The notes under the pieces are model-generated. The model was not told where the DNA came from, ran no database searches, and saw only the letters and a program-made list of their open reading frames with translations. Made by a program: the position numbers and the translations under genes. Positions 8,107 through 15,759 of a DNA stretch of 25,962 nucleotides are shown here, one piece after another. Every line of letters begins with the position of its first letter. Position 1 is the stretch's first letter. Where the stretch lies: positions 1-25,962 of the forward strand of contig JAUYPG010000003.1 in assembly GCA_030695805.1 (NCBI GenBank), given 5' to 3'. This stretch comes from Nanobdellota archaeon. Lineage in GTDB: Bacteria > Patescibacteriota > Minisyncoccia > UBA6257 > GWB1-50-10.

Positions 8107-9623
8107 TCTACGTTCTTGATTTTGGCTCCCAATACTCTCACCTCATCACCCGGCGCGTGCGGGAACTCGGCGTGTACGCGGAACTCGTCCCTCCCAATAT
8201 TCCCGCCGCCAAACTGAAAAATGCGGAGGGCATTATTTTCTCGGGCGGACCCCAGAACCTGTCGAGTTCGGGCGCTCTCCGCGCGGACAAGGCCATTTTT
8301 CACCTTGGCATTCCTCTTCTTGGAATATGCTATGGGTTACAGCTTATGGCCTACGAACTTGGCGGGAAAGTTACGGCGGGCCGGAAGCGGGAGTATGGAC
8401 GGACAGATGTTCGGATCACGGGCGCATCCCCTATCTTCCGAGGACTTCAAGCAAACCAGGAAACATGGATGTCTCACGGAGACCACGTTACAAAACTCCC
8501 CGCGGGGTTTCGCGTCATTGCGAGCTCCAAAAACTGCCCCATAGCCGCGATCTCCAATGAAACGAAAAAGATGTACGGACTCCAGTTTCACCCAGAAGTT
8601 ATTCATACAAAAAACGGGATGAAGATGCTCGACAACTTTTTGAAGATATGCGGAGCAGGGCGCGTTTGGACCATGAAGGATTTTGTGGGGCGTGAAATCG
8701 CGAATGTGAGGAAGAATGTGGGTAAAGATAAGGTTCTTTGCGCTCTTTCCGGAGGGGTTGATTCCGCGGTTGCCGCCACATTGGTCCACCGCGCAATCGG
8801 GAGACAACTTGTCTGTGTGTACGTTGACACGGGTCTTATGCGGCAAGGCGAGACCGAGGAGATTCAAAAAGTTTTCAAAACATACCAAAAAATTGATCTT
8901 CGCGTCATCCGCGCGGAAAAAGAATTCTTCCGCGCCCTGAAGGGTGTTACTGACCCTGAACGAAAACGCAAAACTATCGGTGCCTTGTTTATCAAAATTT
9001 TCGAGCGGGAGGCGAAAAATATTGGCGGGATCAAATGGCTCGTACAGGGAACGCTTTACACGGACGCGATTACGTCCGGCATCAGCGTTGGAGGGAGCGC
9101 GGCACTCATCAAGTCCCACCACAATGTGGGCGGACTTCCGAAAAAGCTCGGCTTCAAACTTATCGAACCGCTTCGTGAACTTTACAAAGATGAGGTCCGC
9201 GAAATCGGGAGAATTCTCGGACTTCCTGATTCGATTGTCCATCGCCAGCCCTTTCCCGGCCCGGGGCTCGCGGTTCGCATTTTGGGAGAAGTTACACCAG
9301 AGAAGGTAAAACTTTTGAAGGAGGCGGACAAGATCGTGTGCGAGGAGATTCTGAAGGCGGGACTGCAAAAAAACATTCAGCAGTATTTCGCGGTTCTTCC
9401 CTCCATCCGATCCGTGGGGGTGCAAGGAGACGCGCGTACTTATGGGCACGCCATCATCATTCGCGCCATTGAAACCAGGGATTTTATGACCGCGGACTTT
9501 GCGAAGATTCCCTTCCCCCTCTTGCAGACGATTTCCGTGCGAATCACAAACGAGGTGCGCGGTATAAACCGCGTGGCCTATGATATCACCTCAAAACCGC
9601 CGGCGACCGTGGAGTGGGAATAG
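8103..9623 (+). CDS. guaA: GMP synthase (glutamine-hydrolysing)
   Basis: LDFGSQY, GICYGLQ, QFHPEV, SGGVDS, HRQPFPGPGLA, YDITSKPPATVEWE. Confidence 0.98.
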   Translation: MIYVLDFGSQYSHLITRRVRELGVYAELVPPNIPAAKLKNAEGIIFSGGPQNLSSSGALRADKAIFHLGIPLLGICYGLQLMAYELGGKVTAGRKREYGRTDVRITGASPIFRGLQANQETWMSHGDHVTKLPAGFRVIASSKNCPIAAISNETKKMYGLQFHPEVIHTKNGMKMLDNFLKICGAGRVWTMKDFVGREIANVRKNVGKDKVLCALSGGVDSAVAATLVHRAIGRQLVCVYVDTGLMRQGETEEIQKVFKTYQKIDLRVIRAEKEFFRALKGVTDPERKRKTIGALFIKIFEREAKNIGGIKWLVQGTLYTDAITSGISVGGSAALIKSHHNVGGLPKKLGFKLIEPLRELYKDEVREIGRILGLPDSIVHRQPFPGPGLAVRILGEVTPEKVKLLKEADKIVCEEILKAGLQKNIQQYFAVLPSIRSVGVQGDARTYGHAIIIRAIETRDFMTADFAKIPFPLLQTISVRITNEVRGINRVAYDITSKPPATVEWE

Positions 9624-9639
9624 TGCTGTTTAGTATTGT

Positions 9640-9690
9640 GTCATTCTGAGCACATTCGCCCCGCTCAGTGTAAACTCCGCGAAGAATCTC
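9640..9690. repeat. REP-like intergenic palindromic element
   Basis: gtcattctgag...cgaagaatctc ends with an internal inverted repeat ctgagc/gctcag, between convergent stops. Confidence 0.5.
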
Positions 9691-9691
9691 T

Positions 9692-10456
9692 TTATGACGC
9701 CCCTTCTTGCTCATGCTTTCTTGCCGCGTTTCGATACGCGCAATACTCGCAACTCTTTCCGGCTTCGGGAATTTCACTTCCCATAAGGCAGGCATGGGCT
9801 TTTTTAATGATATCTTCCACCCACGAATCATCACCTGTGTACGAAATAATCTGCACGTCAAATTCGAGTTTTTTATCAAATGCCTTTCTGTCTTTCTTCC
9901 CGTTCGCGTACACGAAGTATCCGGTGTCGGATACCGGATATCCGTTCTGCCGCAGGAGCCACTGGTAAATCTCCATCTGGCGCTTGTACCCCTGCCGATA
10001 CTCGGCATCAAGAGTAATCTCGCTTTCGGTTGAAGTTGCCTTGTAGTCCACTACCATCAGCTCTTTTTTCGGATTTATCCAAATGTCATCCACCGCGCCT
10101 GTAATCACAAGATTCGTGGGGCGATGTAGAAACTGCACCCCTTTGAAATTTTCCCTCCACTCATCCATCTGGTCCCCCGGGTACGGCACCGCGTCTATTC
10201 CATACTCTTTCATCAGGGGATGCTGTGAACCCTCGGCGCGGTGAATATCAAATTCTTTTTTTAGAAGCGTGTCCACCGCCGCGTTCAAGGTAAAAGGAAA
10301 GCCGGGCGGGCGATCCGTGCCGAGCCGACGATCAATATAAAAACAGCGCGGGCATCCATGAAAAAGCTCAAGCCGCGAGCGACTCAAGCGGAAGGGTTCG
10401 TTTGATTTCGGGTCAAACACATTCCGCGACCGTTGTGGATTATATTTCCAGTCCAT
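9692..10456 (-). CDS. PD-(D/E)XK nuclease family protein (RecB/AddB/Cas4-like) with probable Fe-S cysteines
   Basis: SRSRL...CPRCFY, GAVDDI, VVDYKAT, QMEIY, C-terminal CEYCAY. Confidence 0.9.
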   Translation of the reverse strand: MDWKYNPQRSRNVFDPKSNEPFRLSRSRLELFHGCPRCFYIDRRLGTDRPPGFPFTLNAAVDTLLKKEFDIHRAEGSQHPLMKEYGIDAVPYPGDQMDEWRENFKGVQFLHRPTNLVITGAVDDIWINPKKELMVVDYKATSTESEITLDAEYRQGYKRQMEIYQWLLRQNGYPVSDTGYFVYANGKKDRKAFDKKLEFDVQIISYTGDDSWVEDIIKKAHACLMGSEIPEAGKSCEYCAYRNAARKHEQEGAS

Positions 10457-10537
10457 TATTCCATCTTACCACGAACCAATAAATAAAAAAATCTGCGGAA
10501 AAACATATTCCGTTTTTTTGCTATTCTCTATTTCATT

Positions 10538-10581
10538 CTTATGTACATTTATTATGCGATCGCATAATAAATGTACATAAG
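10538..10581. repeat. Perfect spacerless 44-bp palindrome (P1)
   Basis: CTTATGTACATTTATTATGCGA|TCGCATAATAAATGTACATAAG; all 22 pairs checked. Confidence 0.95.
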
Positions 10582-10587
10582 CAAAAA

Positions 10588-11580
10588 CTACAAGTTCTTT
10601 TTTTCTACTATCTTTCGTTCAAAACACGTCTTCCCTGCTTCGTGCGTCCAATCGGAGTTTTCAATGTAGTATTCGGGTTCAGGTTTTTCAAAGTCCACAG
10701 GAACGCGCATCGGACGTTCGGGGCTCGGGTACCCTCCCTTCCCCCTTGTTTCTTTTTCAAATACCACGCAGAGCGCGAACGTGTTTTCTCCCCGAACTTC
10801 ATATCCGTACGTTTCTTTTGTTTTCGGATCTTTTCTTGGGTCAAACTCTTCTTCTTTCGCCTGAATATCCAGCACGTCCACGTTTTCCGGCAGTGTCTTT
10901 TCTTTTTTCCAGTATTCCAGAGTGTAATTTTGGAGGGTTTGCGCGTCCTGTACTCTCCGTTCATCTCGGCGGTACATCTGCTCTTCTTTTGGCGAGTCCA
11001 CGGCGAGCACTCCCCCGATGACGACAGCAAATATAATAATGACTACTTTCCACACAAAGATACGCTTCATGTTCCAGCCGAACGTCTTCCACTCACGCTC
11101 CCTCATTCCCTGCAGGTAGTACCAGAAGATCGCGGCCGCGACCGCGAGCACGGAACCAAATTTTAGAATGAACCGCAACGTGAGCTCTCCCTGCAAAAAT
11201 TCAAAAATAAGACGAATGAGGTCGCCGATAATAATAAGCGCGGTAATAAAAAGAGTTAGGTACACGAGCCACTTTCTAATCTTCAGTTCCTTTTTTTCCG
11301 GTTCTTTTTTATAAACGTTTTCCAAAAATCTTCCGGTTCCGAGAAGCACGGGAAACATGATGACAAGAAAGGCGACGCCCCAGCGAATCGTTCCGTTTAT
11401 CGCGAAATAGCGATACGCGTCCTGCGTCGGGTCCGGAAACCTTATGTTAATGAGTTGCCACAGGATTGAAAGAAGGGCTATTGCGCTTCCATAGAGCGTC
11501 ACGATATGGAGGAGGTGGAGAAAGAAGTCCCTCGGCGCGGCTCGGGACAGGTCGCCAGGAGTTGTTTGTGATTTTTCCAT
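10588..11580 (-). CDS. DUF5671-like membrane protein
   Basis: DFFLHLLHIVTLY...FPDP, IRKWLVYLTLFI...IIGDLI..IFEFLQGELTLRFILK, SPKEEQMYRRDERRVQD, FALCVVF. Confidence 0.85.
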   Translation of the reverse strand: MEKSQTTPGDLSRAAPRDFFLHLLHIVTLYGSAIALLSILWQLINIRFPDPTQDAYRYFAINGTIRWGVAFLVIMFPVLLGTGRFLENVYKKEPEKKELKIRKWLVYLTLFITALIIIGDLIRLIFEFLQGELTLRFILKFGSVLAVAAAIFWYYLQGMREREWKTFGWNMKRIFVWKVVIIIFAVVIGGVLAVDSPKEEQMYRRDERRVQDAQTLQNYTLEYWKKEKTLPENVDVLDIQAKEEEFDPRKDPKTKETYGYEVRGENTFALCVVFEKETRGKGGYPSPERPMRVPVDFEKPEPEYYIENSDWTHEAGKTCFERKIVEKKNL

Positions 11581-11586
11581 GTTTAC

Positions 11587-11616
11587 ATTATACCTTTCCC
11601 CGCCTCTTTTTCACAA
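11587..11616 (-). promoter_or_regulatory. Promoter TTGTGA-18-TATAAT, leaderless
   Basis: TATAAT ends 6 nt before the ATG at 11580. Confidence 0.55.
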
Positions 11617-11628
11617 TCAAATTTTTCC

Positions 11629-11672
11629 AAAAATATCATTTTAGATGCGGCCGCATCTAAAATGATATTTTT
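11629..11672. repeat. Perfect spacerless 44-bp palindrome (P2)
   Basis: AAAAATATCATTTTAGATGCGG|CCGCATCTAAAATGATATTTTT; all 22 pairs checked. Confidence 0.95.
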
Positions 11673-11703
11673 TGAAATCAGTCCTAATCCAATTAAAAAT
11701 TGA

Positions 11704-11731
11704 AAAGGCGTCGGCTTTCGCGGACGCCTTT
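11704..11731 (-). terminator. Intrinsic terminator
   Basis: Minus strand ggcgtc-cgcgaaagcc-gacgcc followed by ttttcaattttt, ~35 nt after the stop at 11767. Confidence 0.7.
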
Positions 11732-11766
11732 CCGTACTGGGCTGGGGAGTTTCGCGTCCTTAGGGA

Positions 11767-12237
11767 CTACTTGCTGGAGCTGCTGGGGGAGAAGATGCGC
11801 TCCCCTTTGTTGCAGAGGTTTTCGTTGGGACGTCGTACGGCCACGTGCCACTTTTTGGAGAACCAGACGACGTAGATCAGGAAGATCTCGCCTTCTTCGT
11901 GAACATAGAATATGTTCGCGTTGTTAGTAAGAAGATCGCCATTCTTACCACCTGCTTGCCGACGGATCATTTCTCCGAGGTTGGTCCTGAACGCGTTCAT
12001 GTCCTTAAAGACGTGTTCCGCCGGCAGAGCGGCGCGGATTTCCGCGTCATTTGCTTGTCGAACCAGCGTGAATGACACAATGACGGTTTGCGGGACCGCC
12101 ACCTGTTTCGCCAACAACAGGTCCGTAAAATTCTTCGAAACCCAGATGCCCGAGTTGAACTAAGAAAGCCCACCGGGATTCGTTTGCGCGGGGAGAAGAA
12201 TCTCACCCGGGTTACGACGCAAAGCCAAAGCGACCAT
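11767..12237 (-). pseudogene. Hypothetical protein gene (156 codons) interrupted by an in-frame TAG at codon 26
   Basis: AAGGAGG RBS precedes ATG 12237. The frame reads MVALALRRNPGEILLPAQTNPGGLS*FNSGIWVSKNFTDLLLAKQ... and continues into track ORF 11767..12117. Confidence 0.65.
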
Positions 12238-12365
12238 TTCTGGTCCTCCTTGCCTAAAATTGTTCATCCACGAAGCCCTTGCCATCATGGCGAAAAGCAT
12301 GGAATGAGCTACTACTACGCTGAGAACAGAAAAGCACAAAACTAGCTAAATGTCAAAAATTGCTG

Positions 12366-13445
12366 TTATCCCAATCTTTCAAGCGCGATTGCTTCCGCCG
12401 CGCTACGAGGAATCTCCCCTGTTTTTTTGGAGCGTTCCAGCATGGCTTTTACGCTTTTTTCTATTTTTTCTTTTACCAGTTCAAACATTTTTTTCTCGTC
12501 GTACCCCACATGTTCGGCATACGAGGAGATGACGCCTCCGGCGTTTGCCACAAAGTCCGGAATGACAAGCACCCCCCGCCTATGGAGTTCTTCCACGCAC
12601 TCCGACACAATTGAGATGTTCGCGCCCTCCACAATTATTTTTGCTTTGATATTTTCTACGTTTGATTTGTTTATAACATCAGGCAAGGCCGCGGGAATTA
12701 AGACGTCCACGTCCAGTTCAAATATCTTTTTTCCTTCAATTTTTTCTCCTGTTCCGTGCTCCGTAACACTTCCTTTGCTTTGTTTTGTCGCGAGGAGTTC
12801 GCTATGCTTCAGTCCGCTTGCGTCATAGATAGCCCCCCTTGAATCCGAGACCGCGACAATGTTTGCTCCCATCTCTTCAAGAAATTTATGAGCAAAAACA
12901 CCGACATTTCCATACCCTTCGATGGCAATTGTCGCGCCAGTCACCGAGATGCCCTTAGAGTCCAGCGCCATACGCGCGGAATGCGCCACGCCGAAACCTG
13001 TGCTTCCCAATTCATGCGGAAGACCCCCAAGGTCCTTTGGTTTTCCTGTGATTGCTTTCGGGTCTCCGTGGCCCTCCACAAACCACCTCATCTCCTCTTC
13101 CGCCATGTTTATATCGGGCGCGGAAATATAATATTTGGGGGCGTACATGCGAAGTGATTCTCCAAACCATGTTACTATTTCACGCTTCGCCTCTTTTGAA
13201 ATCGTTTTTGGGTCTACTGTGATTCCTGATTTCGCGCCTCCAAATGGAAGGTCTGCCATAGCGCACTTTAAGGTCATGGCGCGCGCGAGACGGCTCACTT
13301 CTTCAACACCGACTGTTCCCGTCATGCGGATCCCGCCCTTGCCCGGACCACGCTTTATATTATCAATAACCGTAGCCGCCCAAACATTGTGTTTAGGATT
13401 GTACATTTGTATTATGTATGACGGACCGAGTGTATCTCCTTGCAT
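12366..13445 (-). CDS. gdhA: Glu/Leu/Phe/Val dehydrogenase, probably glutamate dehydrogenase
   Basis: GPGKGGIRM, MTLK, LPFGGAKSG, APD, IEGYGNVG, EGAN, PDFVANAGGVISS. The Lys and Ser residues associated with Glu specificity are retained. Confidence 0.85.
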   Translation of the reverse strand: MQGDTLGPSYIIQMYNPKHNVWAATVIDNIKRGPGKGGIRMTGTVGVEEVSRLARAMTLKCAMADLPFGGAKSGITVDPKTISKEAKREIVTWFGESLRMYAPKYYISAPDINMAEEEMRWFVEGHGDPKAITGKPKDLGGLPHELGSTGFGVAHSARMALDSKGISVTGATIAIEGYGNVGVFAHKFLEEMGANIVAVSDSRGAIYDASGLKHSELLATKQSKGSVTEHGTGEKIEGKKIFELDVDVLIPAALPDVINKSNVENIKAKIIVEGANISIVSECVEELHRRGVLVIPDFVANAGGVISSYAEHVGYDEKKMFELVKEKIEKSVKAMLERSKKTGEIPRSAAEAIALERLG

Positions 13446-13446
13446 A

Positions 13447-13470
13447 GTTGTAAGTTGAAAGTTGAAAGTT
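13447..13470. repeat. 7-nt tandem repeat (gttgtaa/gttgaaa/gttgaaa/gtt)
   Basis: Directly upstream of the gdhA ATG. Confidence 0.6.
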
Positions 13471-13497
13471 TTTCTTACAACTTCAGTAAATTCAAAC

Positions 13498-13833
13498 CTA
13501 TTGCTTTATTGAATTCGCGACGTATGCGAACTGGTCAAAGTATGGCATGAGCCCCTCTAAAGACGAGTGATATTCCCTTCCTCCCAGCGCCGCGTCGCAA
13601 AACACTTCCCGCGCTCGCGCTATTTCCCTCAGTCGTCCTCTCCAGCGCGGGTCTTCCAATGTAAGGTCAAACAATTCCAGCGCCCGTTCGACCGCGCCCT
13701 GAAACGCTTCATTATCTTTTCCTTCCCGTTTTTTTGCTCTTGATACCTCGCTCCCGATATTCCCCATCTGCTCCGCAAGCGAGAGCTCAAACCATCTTCC
13801 TTCGGCAAGTTGTTTGTGGTATATCGCCTTCAT
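13498..13833 (-). CDS. Conserved hypothetical helical protein (111 aa)
   Basis: GRWFELSLAEQMGNIGSEVSRA; ATGA overlap with the upstream gene. Confidence 0.8.
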   Translation of the reverse strand: MKAIYHKQLAEGRWFELSLAEQMGNIGSEVSRAKKREGKDNEAFQGAVERALELFDLTLEDPRWRGRLREIARAREVFCDAALGGREYHSSLEGLMPYFDQFAYVANSIKQ

Positions 13834-14195
13834 TCTTCCTTTAAGAGCTTCTTCACGACTTCTTGTATTTTTTTTCTAATGTCCGCGTCTTCCACGCCGC
13901 GGGAGCGATTTCCCAGGTGGGGTTTTATATTGATCATCGAATTAAACTCGATAAAACCCTCTCCCTCTCCGCCCTCTGGCGGATCCGGATAAAGATTGAT
14001 CCCCCAGGCATACTCTCTCTCGGCTCCCTCTTCTTCCACCAATACGACCTCTTCATCCGCGTGCAGTTCGCCTCCTATGGCCATTATGCCCTGTTTCGTA
14101 TCAACTACTGCTTTTACCATATCTCCAAAGCCCTGCCGCGCCATCTCTCTCAACTCCGATCTCGTAACGCTTTTTTTTATAATTTTTATTTCCAT
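13830..14195 (-). CDS. DUF5674-like protein
   Basis: FGDMVKAVVD...MAIGGELHADEE...WGINLYP...FIEFNSMINIKP...NRSRGVED. Confidence 0.8.
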   Translation of the reverse strand: MEIKIIKKSVTRSELREMARQGFGDMVKAVVDTKQGIMAIGGELHADEEVVLVEEEGAEREYAWGINLYPDPPEGGEGEGFIEFNSMINIKPHLGNRSRGVEDADIRKKIQEVVKKLLKEE

Positions 14196-14199
14196 GCGG

Positions 14200-14622
14200 C
14201 TAAAATTTCAGGAGATTCAGGCCGATGCTCTCATCATACTCGCGACCCACTTCCTCGCCACTCGCCTCGACGATTGCTTCGAACGCGCCGCTTACTATAG
14301 CAGATTTGCAGTGCCCCGCATATGTCTTAAAATCCCTGTCGCTAAGCGTACTATGGCAGTGCAGATAGGGCTTGCCGTCTTTTCTTGAAATATTTCCCAG
14401 AAACGACGCAATCTCATAGCTTTCCCCCTCGAACACTTTTGAAGAATATTCTTTTTTATCCGAATCATACCAGAGAAGTTCTGCCTTGTTTGTCGCGCCA
14501 ATCGCCTGTATGGAACCGACTTTAATATCTTCCTGCTCGCATAATTCCATGAGCTTTTCGATCGCCTCTTCTCCTTTTTCTACGCGGACGATGTATGTGT
14601 TTTGAATTTTTTTGTACTGCAT
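14200..14622 (-). CDS. PPC/DUF296 domain protein
   Basis: VRVEKGEE, IQAIGA, EIASFLGNIS, PYLHCH, AGHC, EAIV. Confidence 0.9.
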   Translation of the reverse strand: MQYKKIQNTYIVRVEKGEEAIEKLMELCEQEDIKVGSIQAIGATNKAELLWYDSDKKEYSSKVFEGESYEIASFLGNISRKDGKPYLHCHSTLSDRDFKTYAGHCKSAIVSGAFEAIVEASGEEVGREYDESIGLNLLKF

Positions 14623-14638
14623 CGTGAAAATGCTATTC

Positions 14639-14672
14639 CCTGAGTTTATTGAATGCCTTCGACTAGCTCAGG
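14639..14672. repeat. Degenerate REP-like inverted repeat
   Basis: cctgagtttattgaa / ttcgactagctcagg arms with a tgcc loop. Confidence 0.45.
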
Positions 14673-14689
14673 CAATAACAAAATTTTAA

Positions 14690-15385
14690 TTACGTGATTG
14701 ATTTTCCTGTTACGTACTCATAGAGCGGCGTCCATATAAGTCCAAGAGAAAGCGCGTAGAGGAGTTCTTTCAGGGGAAAAGGGTATGCAATAACAGTCAG
14801 ATTTTTTAAATTCCATGCGACCTCTCCCGTGGCCATGTGATAGAGCAGGAATCCTATCACGTACACCGTAAAAAAAGTGAAGGCGCCCGCAATTGAGGCA
14901 AAAAATAGGTCCCTCCTTTGTATCATGATGACGAGCCACCCGAGAAAGCTTGAGAGGATCAAATTCCAGACCGGGTCCCACGGAGAGAGGAATGCGATCG
15001 CGACATAGGACACGAGAAATGTAATAACAGAAAGAATGTGGTGATGTTTTTCCGTGTTCCGGATCCGGTGAGGCGAGAAGATCTCATACGCGGTTGCCGC
15101 AAGGCCTCCCACGACTATCATAAGCAGTACGTCCTCAATACCCATGATTCCTGTTTTTGCTCCGAGATTCCAGAGCGTTTCTTTTGCGAGCCACGAGTCC
15201 GGAAATCTCCAACTTACGCCTTCAAACATCTGCCCTAGCGCTTTCACAAGAAACGTTACTGGCACGATGAGAAAGACATATACTCCCCCTCCCCAAAAGA
15301 GTGGCTGGCGCAGGTCTTTTCGAATGAGAAATATGAGTCCCCAAACAGCACAGAGAATAAGCGTTGCGATGAGATAATCGTACAT
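14690..15385 (-). CDS. Lycopene cyclase domain-like membrane protein (two repeats)
   Basis: 231 aa, ~7 TMs; repeated RKDL/RRDL and GIEDVL/PLKELL...YE motifs. Confidence 0.7.
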   Translation of the reverse strand: MYDYLIATLILCAVWGLIFLIRKDLRQPLFWGGGVYVFLIVPVTFLVKALGQMFEGVSWRFPDSWLAKETLWNLGAKTGIMGIEDVLLMIVVGGLAATAYEIFSPHRIRNTEKHHHILSVITFLVSYVAIAFLSPWDPVWNLILSSFLGWLVIMIQRRDLFFASIAGAFTFFTVYVIGFLLYHMATGEVAWNLKNLTVIAYPFPLKELLYALSLGLIWTPLYEYVTGKSIT

Positions 15386-15389
15386 GTTT

Positions 15390-15713
15390 TTATAATTGTT
15401 TTATTTTTTCTTGAATATAAGCCGCTTCGTCTCGCACCACCTCGCCGTCATAGTCCCCGCTGTGCGCGGTTTCATTTCCGTACGTGGGACGCTTTTGATC
15501 AAGGTGGATGTTGAACACGAACTCATCCCCCTCTTCCTTTATATAGGCGTGGAAGCGAGGATAATCCCCTCCCAGGAGGCGAACGCAGTTCAATTCCCCC
15601 TTATCCGTAAACCCCAGAGGTTTATATCCTAGATGACGCACGATGGTCTGTAAATTCGCGTGCTTTGATTTTTTTATTCTTATTGTCATCTGCCGTTCTT
15701 GGTATTGTATCAT
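15390..15713 (-). CDS. Conserved hypothetical protein (start at 15713 or 15689)
   Basis: LGY...VRLLGGDYPRFHAYI...FNIHLDQKRPTY...HSGDYDGEVV. The track start at 15773 overlaps the divergent gene. Confidence 0.8.
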   Translation of the reverse strand: MIQYQERQMTIRIKKSKHANLQTIVRHLGYKPLGFTDKGELNCVRLLGGDYPRFHAYIKEEGDEFVFNIHLDQKRPTYGNETAHSGDYDGEVVRDEAAYIQEKIKQL

Positions 15714-15719
15714 ATTTTC

Positions 15720-15747
15720 TTGCCTTCTTTTGTCATCGGCGTATAAT
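15720..15747 (+). promoter_or_regulatory. Promoter TTGCCT-16-TATAAT for the carbonic anhydrase
   Basis: TATAAT at 15742-15747, 12 nt before ATG 15760. Confidence 0.5.
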
Positions 15748-15759
15748 ACGCTCCAAATT

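Noticed and set aside
9692-10456. Cas4-like nuclease as evidence of a CRISPR locus
   Set aside because: No repeat-spacer array and no cas1/cas2 in the window; solo PD-(D/E)XK proteins are common.
10538-10581. Chromosomal dif site
   Set aside because: It shares TTATGCG/TAAAT fragments with E. coli dif but is fully symmetric, and the fragments are not positioned around a 6-bp spacer as in XerC/XerD sites.
12160-12162. Genome-wide TAG reassignment
   Set aside because: TAG terminates guaA, the 1271 gene, DUF5671 and this same gene, and TGA also acts as a stop (7117 gene). Standard code 11 fits.
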